Below are positions 19,255 to 27,816 of a stretch of 64,000 nucleotides of DNA, piece after piece. Both the position numbers and the translations under genes were made by a program. This stretch comes from Deltaproteobacteria bacterium (GTDB taxonomy: Bacteria > Myxococcota_A > UBA9042 > DTJE01). The first letter of the stretch is position 1, and each line of letters begins with the position of its first letter. The notes beneath the pieces were generated by a model. It did no database searches and was not told where the DNA came from. It worked only from the letters and a program-made list of their open reading frames with translations. The stretch spans positions 21,556 through 85,555 of the forward strand of contig JAKPOP010000015.1 in assembly GCA_029547805.1 (NCBI GenBank), written 5' to 3'.

Positions 19255-20411
19255 ACCCGGACCCCGTCGCCTCCCGCCGGAACCGGGTCCTCGCGGTGCT
19301 GGCCCTGGGCTGCATCGCGCTCCAGTTTCCGGGCCGCCTGCTGCCGTCGGCCCTGGCCCTGGCGGCCTGGCTCCTCGGACTGGCCTGGCTGGACCGGAAC
19401 GCCCTGAGCCGCATGGGCCGTCCTCGTTTCTGGGCGATCACGATCCTGCTGGCCCTGGCCACCGGCGTGGCCCTGGGGCGCAAGGACCTGGAGGTGCTGG
19501 GGGTCCCGATCTCCAGCGAGGGGCTCCTGGCCGGGGCCCTGATGGTTGTCCGGGGCGCGCTGATCTTCGGCATCGCCGCCTGGGCTGGTCCAGCCCTGGC
19601 CGGACGTCGGATGCCCCGGGGACTGGCCCGGCTGGGCCTCGCCCCCCTGGGAGGGGCGGCAACGGTGGCCCTCGGCCTCCTGCCGGCCCTGAAAGACCGG
19701 CTGGCCCTGGCCGGGGCCCCTGAGGGCGAACCGCCTCGAGGTCTTCGGGCACGGTTCGGCCGGGCCCAGGAACTGGCCGTCCAGGCCTTCTGCGAGACGG
19801 TCCGCCTGGCCCAGGAACTGGCAGAGGTCACCGGGCGTGCGCCGGGCCATCGCCTCGTCGCGGTCGTGGGGGACCCGGGCCAGGGCAAGACCTCCTGCGT
19901 CTCGGAGGTCGCCAGGAGGCTCCGGGAGGCGGGCCTGCAGGTGGGGGGCATCGTGCAACCGGCCATCGTCCAGGGGGGCCGGCGGGTCGGCTACGACCTG
20001 CAGGACCTGGCCACCGGAGAACGGCACCCCATCGCCCGGCTCCGGGAGGACGGGAGACCGGGAACCCCCCGGTTCGTCTTCGAAGAATCGGGCTGGGCCT
20101 GGGCCGCCGACCGCATCCGCCGGGCCCGGCGGGACACGGACGTGCTGGTGGTGGACGAACTGGGCCGACTGGAGGCGATCGGTGCGGGACACCTTCCGGC
20201 GATCCGGGAGGCCCTGCCGGGCGACCGGGCGCGATGGTGGGTCCTGGCCATCCGGCGGGACGCCCTGCCGGCGGTGACCCAGTGGGTGGGACGGGAATGG
20301 GACCGGGTCGACCTCTCGACCGGTCCTGGCGATCGGGACCGGGCCGTGGACCGGATCACGGACCGGATCCTGCAGGCTGAGGCTTCATCCGGACAGGAGG
20401 GTTCCCCATGA
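19251..20411 (+). CDS. Membrane-anchored P-loop NTPase (N-terminal multi-TM domain plus a C-terminal THEP1/DUF2478-like NTPase domain)
   Basis: The GTG at 19251 overlaps the upstream stop (GTGA). TM segments include VLAVLALGCIALQF, ALALAAWLLGLAWL, FWAITILLALATGVAL and ALIFGIAAWAG. The C-terminal domain has Walker A VVGDPGQGKTS and a Walker-B-like VLVVDELGRLE. Confidence 0.65.
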   Translation: MNPDPVASRRNRVLAVLALGCIALQFPGRLLPSALALAAWLLGLAWLDRNALSRMGRPRFWAITILLALATGVALGRKDLEVLGVPISSEGLLAGALMVVRGALIFGIAAWAGPALAGRRMPRGLARLGLAPLGGAATVALGLLPALKDRLALAGAPEGEPPRGLRARFGRAQELAVQAFCETVRLAQELAEVTGRAPGHRLVAVVGDPGQGKTSCVSEVARRLREAGLQVGGIVQPAIVQGGRRVGYDLQDLATGERHPIARLREDGRPGTPRFVFEESGWAWAADRIRRARRDTDVLVVDELGRLEAIGAGHLPAIREALPGDRARWWVLAIRRDALPAVTQWVGREWDRVDLSTGPGDRDRAVDRITDRILQAEASSGQEGSP

Positions 20412-20920
20412 AGACGCGACAGATGGCTCTGCGGACATGGTGTCGGGGCGTGGCGGTCATCGCGATGGCCCTGGCGTGGGCCGGATGCGAGGCGGCATCG
20501 GGCGGGACGAACGACACGACCACGGGCATCGACGCCGCCACCGACATTCCGGCAGAGGCCGCTCCTGCCGGGAAGACCGTGCGGGTGGTCCATGGCGACC
20601 AGACGAAGACGGCCGATCTGTCCCTGGAGCCCGTCGTGACCGTGAAGGACCTGCCCTTCGTGCGCCTGTCGGACGTCGTGGCCCAGGTCTTCCCGTCGCT
20701 GGACCTGTCCACCGTCACCGCCGACTTCACGGCGGGCGACGGCTTCCAGCCGGCCTCCTCCCCCAACTGCGCGACCCTGATCCCGGTGGACGGGAGTCTG
20801 CTGTCCCGGGGCTACATCAGCCCGGAGACCCGGAATCTCGCCTGGGACGACGACTTGCAGTACCCCGGGTGCATGCGGGTCCGGGACACCGCCGAGATCC
20901 GGCTGGTGGACCGCGAGTAG
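20408..20920 (+). CDS. Lipoprotein, unknown function
   Basis: A signal peptide with a lipobox (VIAMALAWAGC). There is an ATGA overlap with the upstream stop. It lies directly upstream of a TonB-dependent receptor. Confidence 0.65.
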   Translation: MKTRQMALRTWCRGVAVIAMALAWAGCEAASGGTNDTTTGIDAATDIPAEAAPAGKTVRVVHGDQTKTADLSLEPVVTVKDLPFVRLSDVVAQVFPSLDLSTVTADFTAGDGFQPASSPNCATLIPVDGSLLSRGYISPETRNLAWDDDLQYPGCMRVRDTAEIRLVDRE

Positions 20921-20938
20921 TGCCGGCAGGCGGGGATC

Positions 20939-22933
20939 ATGGGCCGTTTGGATCGACAGCCCCTGGGGTGGACCTGGGGTCTTGCGGCCGTGCTGGGCCT
21001 GGCGGCTCCGGGGCTGGCCCAGGAGTCCCCGCCGGGACCGGCACCCGAACCGGCCCATGAGACAGTGATCGTCGCGGACCCGGCGGCTCCGAGGGACCCC
21101 AACGTGACCCGGATCTCCCGGGACCGGATCGAGAACCAGGGGGCCCGGACCGCCGCCGAGGTGCTGGAGGGAGACCCGGGCATCTCGGCCACCACCGGGT
21201 CCCGGGGGGAACGGATCTTCCTGATCCGGGGCTTCGACCAGCGACAGGCCGCGGTCCTGTTGGACGGGATGCCGGCCTACATCCCCTACGACGGCCAGAT
21301 GGACCTGGGCATGGTGCCGGTGGAACTGGTGGACCACGTCACGATCGTGAAAGGCCCCGCCTCGGTGGTCTATGGCCCCAACGGCCTCGGCGGTGCCGTC
21401 AACGTGGTCACCCGCCTGCCGGGCGAGGGACCGCTGCTGGAGGTGCTGGAGGAGTTCCGGGATGCCTCGACCTATCGCCTGGCGGGCTATCACGCCCTGG
21501 GGGCGGGGCCGGTGGCATGGCAGGTCTTCGGGGGCCTGGACCAGATCGGGTCCTGGCCCCTGTCGGCGTCCTTCCGCCCCACGGCCAACCAGGGTCCCGG
21601 CAACCGCCTGTTGAGCGACTCGAGGAAAGTGCACGGCGGCGCGGGCCTCCGGGTCCGGGTCGCCCCGGGCCATGACCTCCGGCTGAGCCTGCTGGTCCTG
21701 GACGGCGAACGGGGCGTGCCTCCCTCCACCACTGAGATCCAGCCCCGCTACTGGCGCTTCACCGAGTGGCGCGCCTTCGGTGCCTCCCTGGTCCACGAGG
21801 GCGTCGCCGGTCCCCTGGGCATGGACGAGACGGCCTGGGTCCGCCTCTACGACAACCTGCTGGACGGCTATGACGATGCCACCTGCACGACCCAGGACAG
21901 CCCCCGGGCCCTGCACTCCCGGTACCGGGACCGGCAGTTCGGGGGACGGGTCCGCCTGCGATATCGGCGAGACCTGCCGAGGAACGTCTCCTGGACGTTC
22001 CGGACGTGGATCGGAGCCCAGCACGAGCAGCATGACGGCGATTCCGGCGGGTCCTCTCCGACCTGGTCCCGGACGCTGGTGACGCTGGCCCCCGAGAGCG
22101 AGTTTGGCCTGGGCCCCCGATGGGGCCTCCTGGCGGCCCTCCAGGTGGACGTCGAGGTGCCCGGGTCCCTGCCCCTCCAGGACCCCAGGACGACCGCCGG
22201 ATGGGGCCCTCTGCTCTCGGTCCGCTGGTCCCCCATCGAGATGGTCCGGGTGCAGGTCACCGGGGCCCGGCGGACCCGCTTCCCGTCCCTGAAGGAGCGC
22301 TTCTCGGACGCCCGGGGATACCGGCTCCCCAACCCCACCCTGGGCCCCGAGTCGGCCTGGCACGTCGGCCTGGACGTGTCCGCCCGCCCGGCCCGCTGGG
22401 TGAACGTCTCCGTCGCGGCCTGGGATGCCGAGGTGGACGACCTCATTGACCGGGTGGCCCTGGGAGGAGGCATCGACCAGTTGCAGAACCTGGGACGAGG
22501 ACGTCTGCTGGGGGTCGAGGCAGCGGTGGAACTGCACCCCTGGCGCTACCTGGACGCCCGACTGGGCTACGCCTTCCTGGACGCCCGGCGGCTGGACGCC
22601 AGCGCCACCCATGCCACCCTGCCCTACCGGCCCGCCCATCAGGCCGTCATGGCCATCGCCTCGGCTCCTCTGTCATGGCTGGAGGTCTCGACCCAGGTTC
22701 GGGTGGTGGGTCCCCGGGACTACCAGGACCCCGAGACCCGCCAGTGGGACCGCCTGCCGACCTCGGTGACCTGGGATGCCCGCCTGGAGGTTCGCCCCGC
22801 CCGGTGGCTGGACCTCTGGGTCCAGGCCCGGAACCTGCTCGACGCCGACATCCAGTCGGAATACGGCTTCCCGGAGCCGGGACGGCAGGTCTTCCTGGGG
22901 GCGCGCTTCCGGTCCTCCATCGATCGCCACTGA
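20939..22933 (+). CDS. TonB-dependent outer-membrane receptor
   Basis: A signal peptide (AAVLGLAAPGLAQE). Plug-domain motifs: TAAEVLEGDPGISA..., ERIFLIRGFDQRQAAVLLDGMP, and VDHVTIVKGPASVVYGPNGLGGAVNVVTR. It has a long beta-barrel-type C-terminus. Confidence 0.88.
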   Translation: MGRLDRQPLGWTWGLAAVLGLAAPGLAQESPPGPAPEPAHETVIVADPAAPRDPNVTRISRDRIENQGARTAAEVLEGDPGISATTGSRGERIFLIRGFDQRQAAVLLDGMPAYIPYDGQMDLGMVPVELVDHVTIVKGPASVVYGPNGLGGAVNVVTRLPGEGPLLEVLEEFRDASTYRLAGYHALGAGPVAWQVFGGLDQIGSWPLSASFRPTANQGPGNRLLSDSRKVHGGAGLRVRVAPGHDLRLSLLVLDGERGVPPSTTEIQPRYWRFTEWRAFGASLVHEGVAGPLGMDETAWVRLYDNLLDGYDDATCTTQDSPRALHSRYRDRQFGGRVRLRYRRDLPRNVSWTFRTWIGAQHEQHDGDSGGSSPTWSRTLVTLAPESEFGLGPRWGLLAALQVDVEVPGSLPLQDPRTTAGWGPLLSVRWSPIEMVRVQVTGARRTRFPSLKERFSDARGYRLPNPTLGPESAWHVGLDVSARPARWVNVSVAAWDAEVDDLIDRVALGGGIDQLQNLGRGRLLGVEAAVELHPWRYLDARLGYAFLDARRLDASATHATLPYRPAHQAVMAIASAPLSWLEVSTQVRVVGPRDYQDPETRQWDRLPTSVTWDARLEVRPARWLDLWVQARNLLDADIQSEYGFPEPGRQVFLGARFRSSIDRH

Positions 22934-23075
22934 TCCACCGGATTCCCCGAACAAGGCACACCGCTCCGCCCTCCCCCAGGCGCCGCGCACCGTCGTGATC
23001 CATCGGGCCGCCACGTCCCCGCGGCCCGCATGTCCGCGCAAGCGACGACGTTGCCTTGGCATCCCATCCTCCCCC

Positions 23076-23104
23076 TTGACGTCCCGGAGGCCCGGTAATA
23101 TATT
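23076..23104 (+). promoter_or_regulatory. Sigma-70-like promoter (TTGACG-N17-TATATT) of the thiol-redox operon
   Basis: TTGACG at 23076..23081, a 17-nt spacer, and TATATT at 23099..23104. It lies ~45 nt upstream of the ArsR-family gene. It is followed by the direct repeat ATATTCC...ATATTTCC, a possible operator. Confidence 0.5.
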
Positions 23105-23149
23105 CCTTTCCGTTCATATTTCCGGTTCGGCAACCGGGGAGGACGGAGC

Positions 23150-23491
23150 ATGGGAGATCAGGCACGAACGGCCCAGGTGACCGCGATGGCCGCGCTGCTG
23201 TCGGCACCGATCCGATGCGCCATCCTGCAGGCCCTCCGGTCGGGCCCCCGGATCGTGGGAGACCTGGTCGAGGCCCTGGGGGAAAGTCAGGCCACGGTCT
23301 CGAAGCAGATCGCCATCCTCCGGGAGGCCGGCGTGCTGGTGTGCCGTCCCGACGGCCGCTGCCGGGAGTACTCCCTGGTGGACCCGGACCTGGTGGGGGC
23401 GATCCTGGACGGACTGGAGGCCCTGGGGGAATCGGCCGCACGACAGGCTGCGGAATGCCGGGCGCGTCGGGCGTCCCGGATCGGCATGTGA
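23150..23491 (+). CDS. ArsR/SmtB-family winged-helix transcriptional regulator
   Basis: LLSAPIRCAILQALRSGPRIVGDLVEALGESQATVSKQIAILREAGVLV is a typical ArsR HTH. Confidence 0.85.
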   Translation: MGDQARTAQVTAMAALLSAPIRCAILQALRSGPRIVGDLVEALGESQATVSKQIAILREAGVLVCRPDGRCREYSLVDPDLVGAILDGLEALGESAARQAAECRARRASRIGM

Positions 23492-23530
23492 AGAACCGGG
23501 CGGCCTGGAGGCTGCCCCAAGGAGAAGACG

Positions 23531-23947
23531 ATGAAGAAGGACCGACCGGCGTACCTGGCGAACCGACCGACGAGCAACCAGCCGAAGAGCCTGGTCCGGA
23601 CCGTGACCGACGCCTCCTTCGAGCGGGAGGTCGTGCAGTCGGAGATCCCGGTCTTCGTGGACTTCTGGGCCCCCTGGTGCGGCCCGTGCCGGATGGTCGC
23701 CCCCATCGTGGAGGCCCTGGCCCAGGAATACCAGGGCCGGATCAAGTTCGTGAAACTGGACACCGAGGCCAACCCGGGCGTCCCCGGCCAGATGGGCATC
23801 CGGTCGATCCCGACCTTGCTGGTCTTCCGGGGCCGGGACGTGGTCGCGTCCCGGATCGGCGCCGGGTCCGCCGACGACCTGCGGCGGATGCTGGACGAGG
23901 TGCTCGGGGTCAAGAAGCCGGGCCTGCTGTCGAAACTGTTCGGTTGA
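23531..23947 (+). CDS. trxA: Thioredoxin
   Basis: VFVDFWAPWCGPCRMVAP...GIRSIPTLLVF carries the canonical WCGPC active site. Confidence 0.92.
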   Translation: MKKDRPAYLANRPTSNQPKSLVRTVTDASFEREVVQSEIPVFVDFWAPWCGPCRMVAPIVEALAQEYQGRIKFVKLDTEANPGVPGQMGIRSIPTLLVFRGRDVVASRIGAGSADDLRRMLDEVLGVKKPGLLSKLFG

Positions 23948-23958
23948 GGGAGGCATCG

Positions 23959-24576
23959 ATGATGCGCACCGTGGCGAACTACGAGGAACTGGCCGGGGCC
24001 ATCTCCGGCCGGAAGGGCCCGGTCATCGTCGGGTTTTTCGGGGACTTCTCGGACAAGTCTCGGGCGGCCTGGCCGAACTTCCAGGCCTTCTGCGAACGGC
24101 ACCCGGACCTGCCGGTGTTCGTGGTGGACGTGGGGCGGGTCAAGGACATCCACCGGCGCCTGGGCGTGACGCTGGTTCCCACCGTGGTGACCCTGCAGGG
24201 CGATGCGGTGATCCAGCAGGTCGTCGGGGTTCGATCCGTGGCGGAGTACGAGGCGACCCTGCTGGGACAGGCTCGGACGGCCTCGAACGCCAGCGGGGGA
24301 TCCCGCCCCTCCCATCGGGTCGTGGTGTACACCGGGGCCCACTGCCCGTGGTGCACGCGGGTCAAGGCCTACCTGCGCCAGCGCAACGTCCCCTTCACCG
24401 AGATCGACGTCTCCCGGGACCCGGCGGCGGCACAGGCCCTGGTCCGCAAGACCGGACAGACCGGCGTGCCCCAACTGGATATCGACGGCCGATACGTGAT
24501 CGGCTTCGACAAGGCGCGGATCGACGCCCTGCTGGGACTGGCCCCGCAGGCCGGCGGTCCGGAACTCTATCGATAG
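23959..24576 (+). CDS. Fusion of a thioredoxin-fold domain (no CxxC) and a glutaredoxin/NrdH-like domain (CPWC)
   Basis: The N-terminal VIVGFFGDFSDKSRAAWPNF...LVPTVVTL is Trx-like with the active-site Cys residues absent. The C-terminal VVVYTGAHCPWCTRVKAYLRQRNVPFTEIDV...GVPQLDIDGRYVIGFD is glutaredoxin-like. It occupies the C-terminal part of ORF 23215..24576. Confidence 0.8.
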   Translation: MMRTVANYEELAGAISGRKGPVIVGFFGDFSDKSRAAWPNFQAFCERHPDLPVFVVDVGRVKDIHRRLGVTLVPTVVTLQGDAVIQQVVGVRSVAEYEATLLGQARTASNASGGSRPSHRVVVYTGAHCPWCTRVKAYLRQRNVPFTEIDVSRDPAAAQALVRKTGQTGVPQLDIDGRYVIGFDKARIDALLGLAPQAGGPELYR

Positions 24577-24593
24577 GAAGGAGGACCTCCACC

Positions 24594-24878
24594 ATGACGA
24601 TCCAGCCCCTCAACGACCATGTCCTGCTGCGACCTGTGGACCCGGAGGAGAAGACCGCCGGGGGGCTCTACCTGCCGGACACGGCCAGGGAGAAGCCCAG
24701 CGAGGGCATCGTGCTGGCCGTGCCCGCCGGCGGAGCCGAGGGCATCGCCATCGGGGACCGGGTGATCTACAAGGCCCACGCCGGGGAGGAGATCCGGACC
24801 GACCGGGAGACCCTGCGGCTGGTCCCGATGGGCGACCTGCTGGCCAAGTACGTCGAGGCCGACGAGATCGCGGCCTGA
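24594..24878 (+). CDS. groES: Co-chaperonin GroES (Cpn10)
   Basis: MTIQPLNDHVLLRPVDPEEKTAGGLYLPDTAREKPSEGIVLAV...GDRVIYKAHAGEEI matches the GroES consensus. GGAGGA is upstream. No groEL follows. Confidence 0.88.
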   Translation: MTIQPLNDHVLLRPVDPEEKTAGGLYLPDTAREKPSEGIVLAVPAGGAEGIAIGDRVIYKAHAGEEIRTDRETLRLVPMGDLLAKYVEADEIAA

Positions 24879-24931
24879 TTCCCCACAAGGATGACACCGG
24901 GTCCCCAAGAGACCCGAGAAAGGAGCGCCCC

Positions 24932-25297
24932 ATGTTGCAGACCAACCTGAAGCACGTCGAGACCGTCCAGGACTACCGGGACCTGACCCAGCAGGGAAAG
25001 ACCGTGATCGTCTGCGGGCGGATGGGCCCCATGTGCATCCCGGTGTACGGGGTGATGGAGTCGCTGGAATCGAAGTACCCGGACATCCGCTTCCGGGACA
25101 TGGAGTTCGACAGCCCGGTGGCGATGCAGACGATCCGGGCCCTGCCGGAGGTGCGGAACTTCCACGGCCTGCCCTTCACGGTCTATTTCCGGGACGGCAA
25201 GGTGGTGGCCGCCACCAGCAGCATCCAGACGAAAGCGCAGGTCAAGGAGATCCTGGACTCCCGGATGGCCGACGGAACCGAGGCCCAGGCAGGATGA
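24932..25297 (+). CDS. Thioredoxin-fold protein with an atypical active-site region
   Basis: A Trx-like length and pattern (VIVCGRMGPMCIPVYG...GLPFTVYFRDGKVV). The canonical WCGPC is not present. Confidence 0.65.
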   Translation: MLQTNLKHVETVQDYRDLTQQGKTVIVCGRMGPMCIPVYGVMESLESKYPDIRFRDMEFDSPVAMQTIRALPEVRNFHGLPFTVYFRDGKVVAATSSIQTKAQVKEILDSRMADGTEAQAG

Positions 25298-25359
25298 CCC
25301 GGCCCGGTGCCCCTGGGGCTGCCTGGCATTGACCGGACTGTGGACCGGGGAGGAGTGCG

Positions 25360-26313
25360 ATGGAGGATTCCCGGTACGACGTGATCGTGATCGGGGCAGG
25401 TGCCGCGGGACTCACGGCGGCCATCTACCTGGCACGGGCTCGGATGAAGACCCTGGTGGTGGACCGGGGCACTCCCGGCGGCCAGATGATCCTGACCTAC
25501 GCGGTGGCCAACTACCCGGGAATCCCGGAGGCCTCCGGCGCCCAGATCGCCATGACCATGCGCCGCCAGGCCGAGGCCTTCGGGGCTCGGATCCTCGGCC
25601 AGGCCGAGGTGACGCGGATGGACCTCGGGGGTCCCTGGAAGACCATCGAGGTGGAGGATGAGGGGACCTTCACCGCTCGTTCGGTGATCCTGGCCACCGG
25701 GGGCGTGCCCCGGTCCCTGGGCCTGCCCTCGGAGGCGGTCTTCCGGGGACGGGGGATCTCGTACTGCGCGACCTGCGACGGGGATTTCTTCGCCGGACAG
25801 GACATCGCCGTGATCGGCGGCGGCAACTCGGCCCTGGAGGAGTCCGTGAGCCTGGCCAGGCAGGTCCGCTCCGTGACCATCATCCACGAGTTCGACCACT
25901 TCCAGGCCCAGGCCTGGGTGGTGGACCAGGCCCGCAGGGAGCCGAGGATCCGATTCCTGATGGAACAGGACGTGCGGGAGTTCGTCGGCGATGAGTCGCT
26001 CCGGGAGGTCGTCACGGTCCACAAGCGGACCGGCGAGGTGACCCGGGTCCCGGCGACCGGCGCCTTCATCTTCATCGGCTACGTCCCCGACACGGCCCGG
26101 TTCAAGGGCATCGTGGACCTGGACGAACGGGGCCAGATCGTGACCGACGACCTGCTCCGGACCAGCGTCCCGGGGGTCTTCGCGGCGGGGGATGCCCGGC
26201 AGAAGCGTTACCGCCAGATCACCACCGCCGTGGCCGACGGGACCATCGCGGCCCTGTCGGCCATCGAGTACCTGGGCACCTCCGGGGTCACCCTTCCTCC
26301 GCCTCCACCGTGA
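25360..26313 (+). CDS. trxB: Thioredoxin-disulfide reductase
   Basis: YDVIVIGAGAAGLTAAIY (FAD), the redox-active CATCDG, IAVIGGGNSALEE (NADPH) and GVFAAGD. Confidence 0.93.
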   Translation: MEDSRYDVIVIGAGAAGLTAAIYLARARMKTLVVDRGTPGGQMILTYAVANYPGIPEASGAQIAMTMRRQAEAFGARILGQAEVTRMDLGGPWKTIEVEDEGTFTARSVILATGGVPRSLGLPSEAVFRGRGISYCATCDGDFFAGQDIAVIGGGNSALEESVSLARQVRSVTIIHEFDHFQAQAWVVDQARREPRIRFLMEQDVREFVGDESLREVVTVHKRTGEVTRVPATGAFIFIGYVPDTARFKGIVDLDERGQIVTDDLLRTSVPGVFAAGDARQKRYRQITTAVADGTIAALSAIEYLGTSGVTLPPPPP

Positions 26314-26683
26314 ACTCCGGCGGGTTGGCAAGGGCCCGCTTCACCGCACAGAGTTCCGCCGACCGCACCAGGGCCTTGCGGTGCTTCTCGGGAAAACCGG
26401 ACGGGACGATGATCCGCAGGTCGATGCGGGCCATGCGGTGGTTCGCCGGGTCGTAGGTCATGCGCTGGACCAGCCGCACCCCCTCGGTCGGCAGTCCATG
26501 ATTCCGCAGGAACGACAGGACATAGACCCCCGCACAGGTCCCGATGGACGCCAGGAACAGGGTGTAGGGTTCCGGGGCGGTCCCCAGGCCGCCGGCGTGG
26601 ACCGGCTGGTCCGTGGCAATCACCCGCCCCTGGTACTCGGCATTCACCTGCAGGCCCTCTCCGAACGTGATCGTCATCTCCAT
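26288..26683 (-). CDS. OsmC/Ohr-family peroxiredoxin-like protein
   Basis: GLGTAPEPYTLFLASIGTCAGV...SAELCAVKRAL has the two conserved OsmC cysteines. The start is at Met 26683 (MEMTITF). The 3' end overlaps the trxB end convergently. Confidence 0.8.
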   Translation of the reverse strand: MEMTITFGEGLQVNAEYQGRVIATDQPVHAGGLGTAPEPYTLFLASIGTCAGVYVLSFLRNHGLPTEGVRLVQRMTYDPANHRMARIDLRIIVPSGFPEKHRKALVRSAELCAVKRALANPPEFTVEAEEG

Positions 26684-26904
26684 CGCCGTCTCCTTGTCCA
26701 GACATCCCGCACCCATCGCCGGACCAACGCCCGGTCGTGCTGCCGACAGCATGGATCATTCCCACTGACCCGCCAAGCCATCGCCCCGAAGAGTCACAAG
26801 GACGGCCGAGAAGCCCGGTTGTGGAGGCGTTGGTCTGACTCGCCGGCTTGGCACTCGCCGGGAGATGGTCACACAATGGGCCTGACGTCTTCCAGGAACT
26901 CCCG

Positions 26905-27798
26905 ATGGCATCGCTCCGGTGGCTCGCGGTTGCGGCGCTGATCCTGCTGCTCCCGGTCCTGGCCTGCCGCCGGCAGGAGAAGGACGAACCTGCCCCGCTG
27001 CGGGGACAGACGTGCACGGTGGATGCACCGGACCAGGGGTCGTCGGCCTCCCTGGCCCCCCAGCCGACGTCCCCCGGCGAGGGCTCGGCCCCTCCGGGCC
27101 TGCAGGACGAACCCGCCGCCGCCTCGGCACCCGAAGCCCCCCCTCCTGCGAGTCCGGACCCCTGTGCCAGGCCACGCCAGGCCCTTGGCACAGGCACGAC
27201 GGCGGAACCGAAGGCCCCCCTGGATTTCTGCAACGGCCCCATCCCGTTTCCGTCCACCATCGGCCTCCCGCTCGACGGCCCCGAGGAAGGGATTCGTATG
27301 CTGAACCTGAAAGACGGCATTTGGGAGTGCGAGGATCAGGACGAGGACGGCAGATACTCCTGCGGCCGCGTCGATCTGGACCACCTGCTGTCTTTGGACC
27401 TCGATCGGGACGGTCGGCCCGAGTGGGTGGCGACCTTCTTCGTCCACTGGGGAGGCAACACCGGCGACTGGATGACGTTCGTCTATGACGAACGACGAGG
27501 CCGCCCGCGGTTCAGGACCACGCTGGAGGCCATCGGCGAGTTCAGGGACGACGTCGTCCGGCTGGAGCCCTACGGCCAGCACTGCGTCCAGATCGTCGGA
27601 GAGTGCGACAAGCCATGCCACGCCTGTGAGGGCCAGAAGTGCCACCGCATCTACGCCTGGAACGGCCGCCGGTTTGAGATTGCGGAGACCTCCGTGAACC
27701 TCGAGACGGAACCGGGGGAGCCGCCCGAGGCCGAAATCCATCGCGACGAGCGCCTGCTGGCGCGGTGCCAGGCCCGTTCCTCCAGGCCTCGGAAATGA
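26905..27798 (+). CDS. Cys-rich lipoprotein, unknown function
   Basis: The signal peptide and lipobox are MASLRWLAVAALILLLPVLAC. A Pro/Ala-rich linker precedes a Cys-containing globular domain. No family was recognised. Confidence 0.55.
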   Translation: MASLRWLAVAALILLLPVLACRRQEKDEPAPLRGQTCTVDAPDQGSSASLAPQPTSPGEGSAPPGLQDEPAAASAPEAPPPASPDPCARPRQALGTGTTAEPKAPLDFCNGPIPFPSTIGLPLDGPEEGIRMLNLKDGIWECEDQDEDGRYSCGRVDLDHLLSLDLDRDGRPEWVATFFVHWGGNTGDWMTFVYDERRGRPRFRTTLEAIGEFRDDVVRLEPYGQHCVQIVGECDKPCHACEGQKCHRIYAWNGRRFEIAETSVNLETEPGEPPEAEIHRDERLLARCQARSSRPRK

Positions 27799-27816
27799 CG
27801 GCTCCCCGCCTCCGTC

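Noticed and set aside
19991-22639. An 882-aa minus-strand ORF opposite the lipoprotein and TonB-receptor genes.
   Set aside because: The plus-strand frame encodes an unmistakable TonB-dependent receptor. The minus frame is G/P/R-rich with no motifs.
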